Positions 62,508 to 64,000 of a stretch of DNA of 64,000 nucleotides are shown here, in pieces. The stretch is from Amphiscolops sp. MND2022 (lineage: Eukaryota), in contig OZ076415.1 of assembly GCA_964187785.1 (NCBI GenBank), positions 66,526,001-66,590,000 on the forward strand. Reading direction: 5' to 3'. The notes below the pieces were generated by a model. The model was not told where the DNA came from, did no database searches, and saw nothing but the letters and a program-made list of their open reading frames with translations. Made by a program: the position numbers and the translations under genes. Each line of letters opens with the position of its first letter. Within the stretch, counting starts at the first letter, position 1.

Positions 62508-62910
62508 GGAGCGAAGCGACCGAGCCATACATCATATATGCTAACCTCTTCAATTGAATCAAGTTCCATACATATTGGCTGTAACAGCACTGAAAGCTAG
62601 TAATTCTGTTGTTTGAGACCTATTTTGCAAATCTGTTTAATCCAATTTTGTACGAAATGTCTTTTGTACGAAATGTCGGTTTTGATTTTTGTACCAATTT
62701 TCGGTGTACGAAATGTCGGGTTTTTGGCTATTGTACGAAATGTCGTTTGTATGAATTGTCGTGGTGCCGAGAAAAACATGCTTTGAAAGAAACTTGCATG
62801 TTAAGTACAAGATTTCAAATTTTTCCAAACAGAGTAGTCATCAACTTTGACATGTAAAGCGAAGCTAAAATATTGTCAGGGCACTTTGTGTTAATTGAGT
62901 AGTGTTGTTT

Positions 62911-63044
62911 TTAGTCAATATGCAGCGGTGGCCTAGATTTCCAGTACTCCATCGCAACCCCAATCAAATCAGCCCCATCTAGAGTGGTATCGAGTGGAAC
63001 CACAGTACGGCAGTGGTATGACAAAGTTTGTCTCAGTACCCCAC
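62911..63044 (-). CDS. Possible terminal exon of a host gene (..GVLRQTLSYHCRTVVPLDTTLDGADLIGVAMEYWKSRPPLHID*)
   Basis: Acceptor ttttttctcag upstream, open phase-1 frame to TAA, higher GC than flanks. Protein not recognised. Confidence 0.4.
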
Positions 63045-64000
63045 CTGAGAAAAAAATTCATATCTTGGATGACTCTCAGATCCAAGATGTAAGATATTAC
63101 TTACTCAGATGTAAGATATCTGCAGAAAATACAACAAACGTTGCAAGATTCTGACGGAAAATATAAATCTTGCGAGTATCTGACAGGGAATTTATTCATT
63201 ACAAGAATTTGGCGCAATTTACATCATCAAATTAACACCTAAGATTGAGTTGGAAATTTCGAAGTCGCCAGGGCGTAAATTTGTTCACATTGCAGTTCAA
63301 TCTTTTTTTCTATCAAGAGTTTGATGAACCACGCAAGATATAACAATCAAATGAAATCTGAAAAGTCTAGAAAAACTGAAGACCTCCATGACCCAGGTTT
63401 CCATACAAGAAACATTAATATAAACTTTGAAAAGTCATGTATGGTGACATGAAAACAGCTCAGTCAAACAAGTACCATACAAAAACCAAATCCATTCAAG
63501 TCATAAAATGAACAAACTATGGTCATTCTATGATGAACGCGTTTTTCATACTATGTTCCTTCTATGGAACGAAAGGTTTCCATATTTTGTTCATGTCAAC
63601 AAAAACGTGTTTTTCAAGCAAGATTTTCACAGTCAAGACTTAATAGGCTGAAATCAGAACTCATTCGATAATTCTTGCATAATTATTACATGAATCTCGA
63701 AAAAAAACAAACGGTATTTTGAGTCTTCTTTCCTTGTTTGTTGGTTTCACTTCGATTCCTCTGGATCCGCTTATTTTCAGTCTTGTCAGTGTCAGCTGTA
63801 TTACAGCTGGTCAGCATTTTTCACGGGAAAAAATGAATTTTTCGAGGTCTCGACATGTTTTAGAAAACATATTTAGAAAACAGGCCGCAGACTCCAGCGA
63901 AACTGCAAAACAGGCCGTAGACGGTATTTATTCGAAAAAAGCGCCCTGGAATCCAAGCCGGCCACAATTGAAAGCCGTACTTATTCAGCGGTCAAAAAAT

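Larger units (their letters stand above)
27589..62768. mobile_element. MITE/foldback-like element (~0.55 kb before insertions) split by element B
   Basis: Left arm cgggagcacgacaattggtacacacgacatttcgtac plus repeated GACATTTCGTACA (27589-27730) is the inverted counterpart of the right arm gtacgaaatgtcgtttgtatgaattgtcgtggtgccg (62645-62768). Confidence 0.6.

Noticed and set aside
63720-63830. Possible minus-strand exon
   Set aside because: Open frames exist but no convincing acceptor/donor pair or recognisable protein.

Overview
AT-rich eukaryotic (probably invertebrate) DNA, about 80% of it occupied by three large Ty3/Gypsy-type LTR retroelements, all on the minus strand. Element A (~9.3-25.46 kb) is decayed and only its 5' LTR is present. 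It carries gag-pol, a degenerate macro-like domain after integrase and a ~1,150-aa extra ORF. Element B (27882-62507) has 1042-bp LTRs and a GGAGC target duplication, and carries a 7-exon, intron-containing ANTISENSE zinc-finger gene. Element C (42036-61463) has 2.19-kb LTRs and a CATG target duplication, and is inserted exactly at the LTR/PBS junction of B. C is retrovirus-like. It has a TARG1/OARD1-type macrodomain inside Pol, a chuvirus/gB-like envelope gene, an intact captured TRAF (coiled-coil + MATH) gene next to the 3' LTR, a 2-exon antisense gene, a duplicated RNA stem-loop with compensatory base changes, and a 9-copy hairpin array. The rest holds tRNA-derived repeats, a solo-LTR-like fragment, a MITE-like foldback, a 200-N gap and two possible host exons. 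All protein assignments are by-eye motif recognition; no database search was run.
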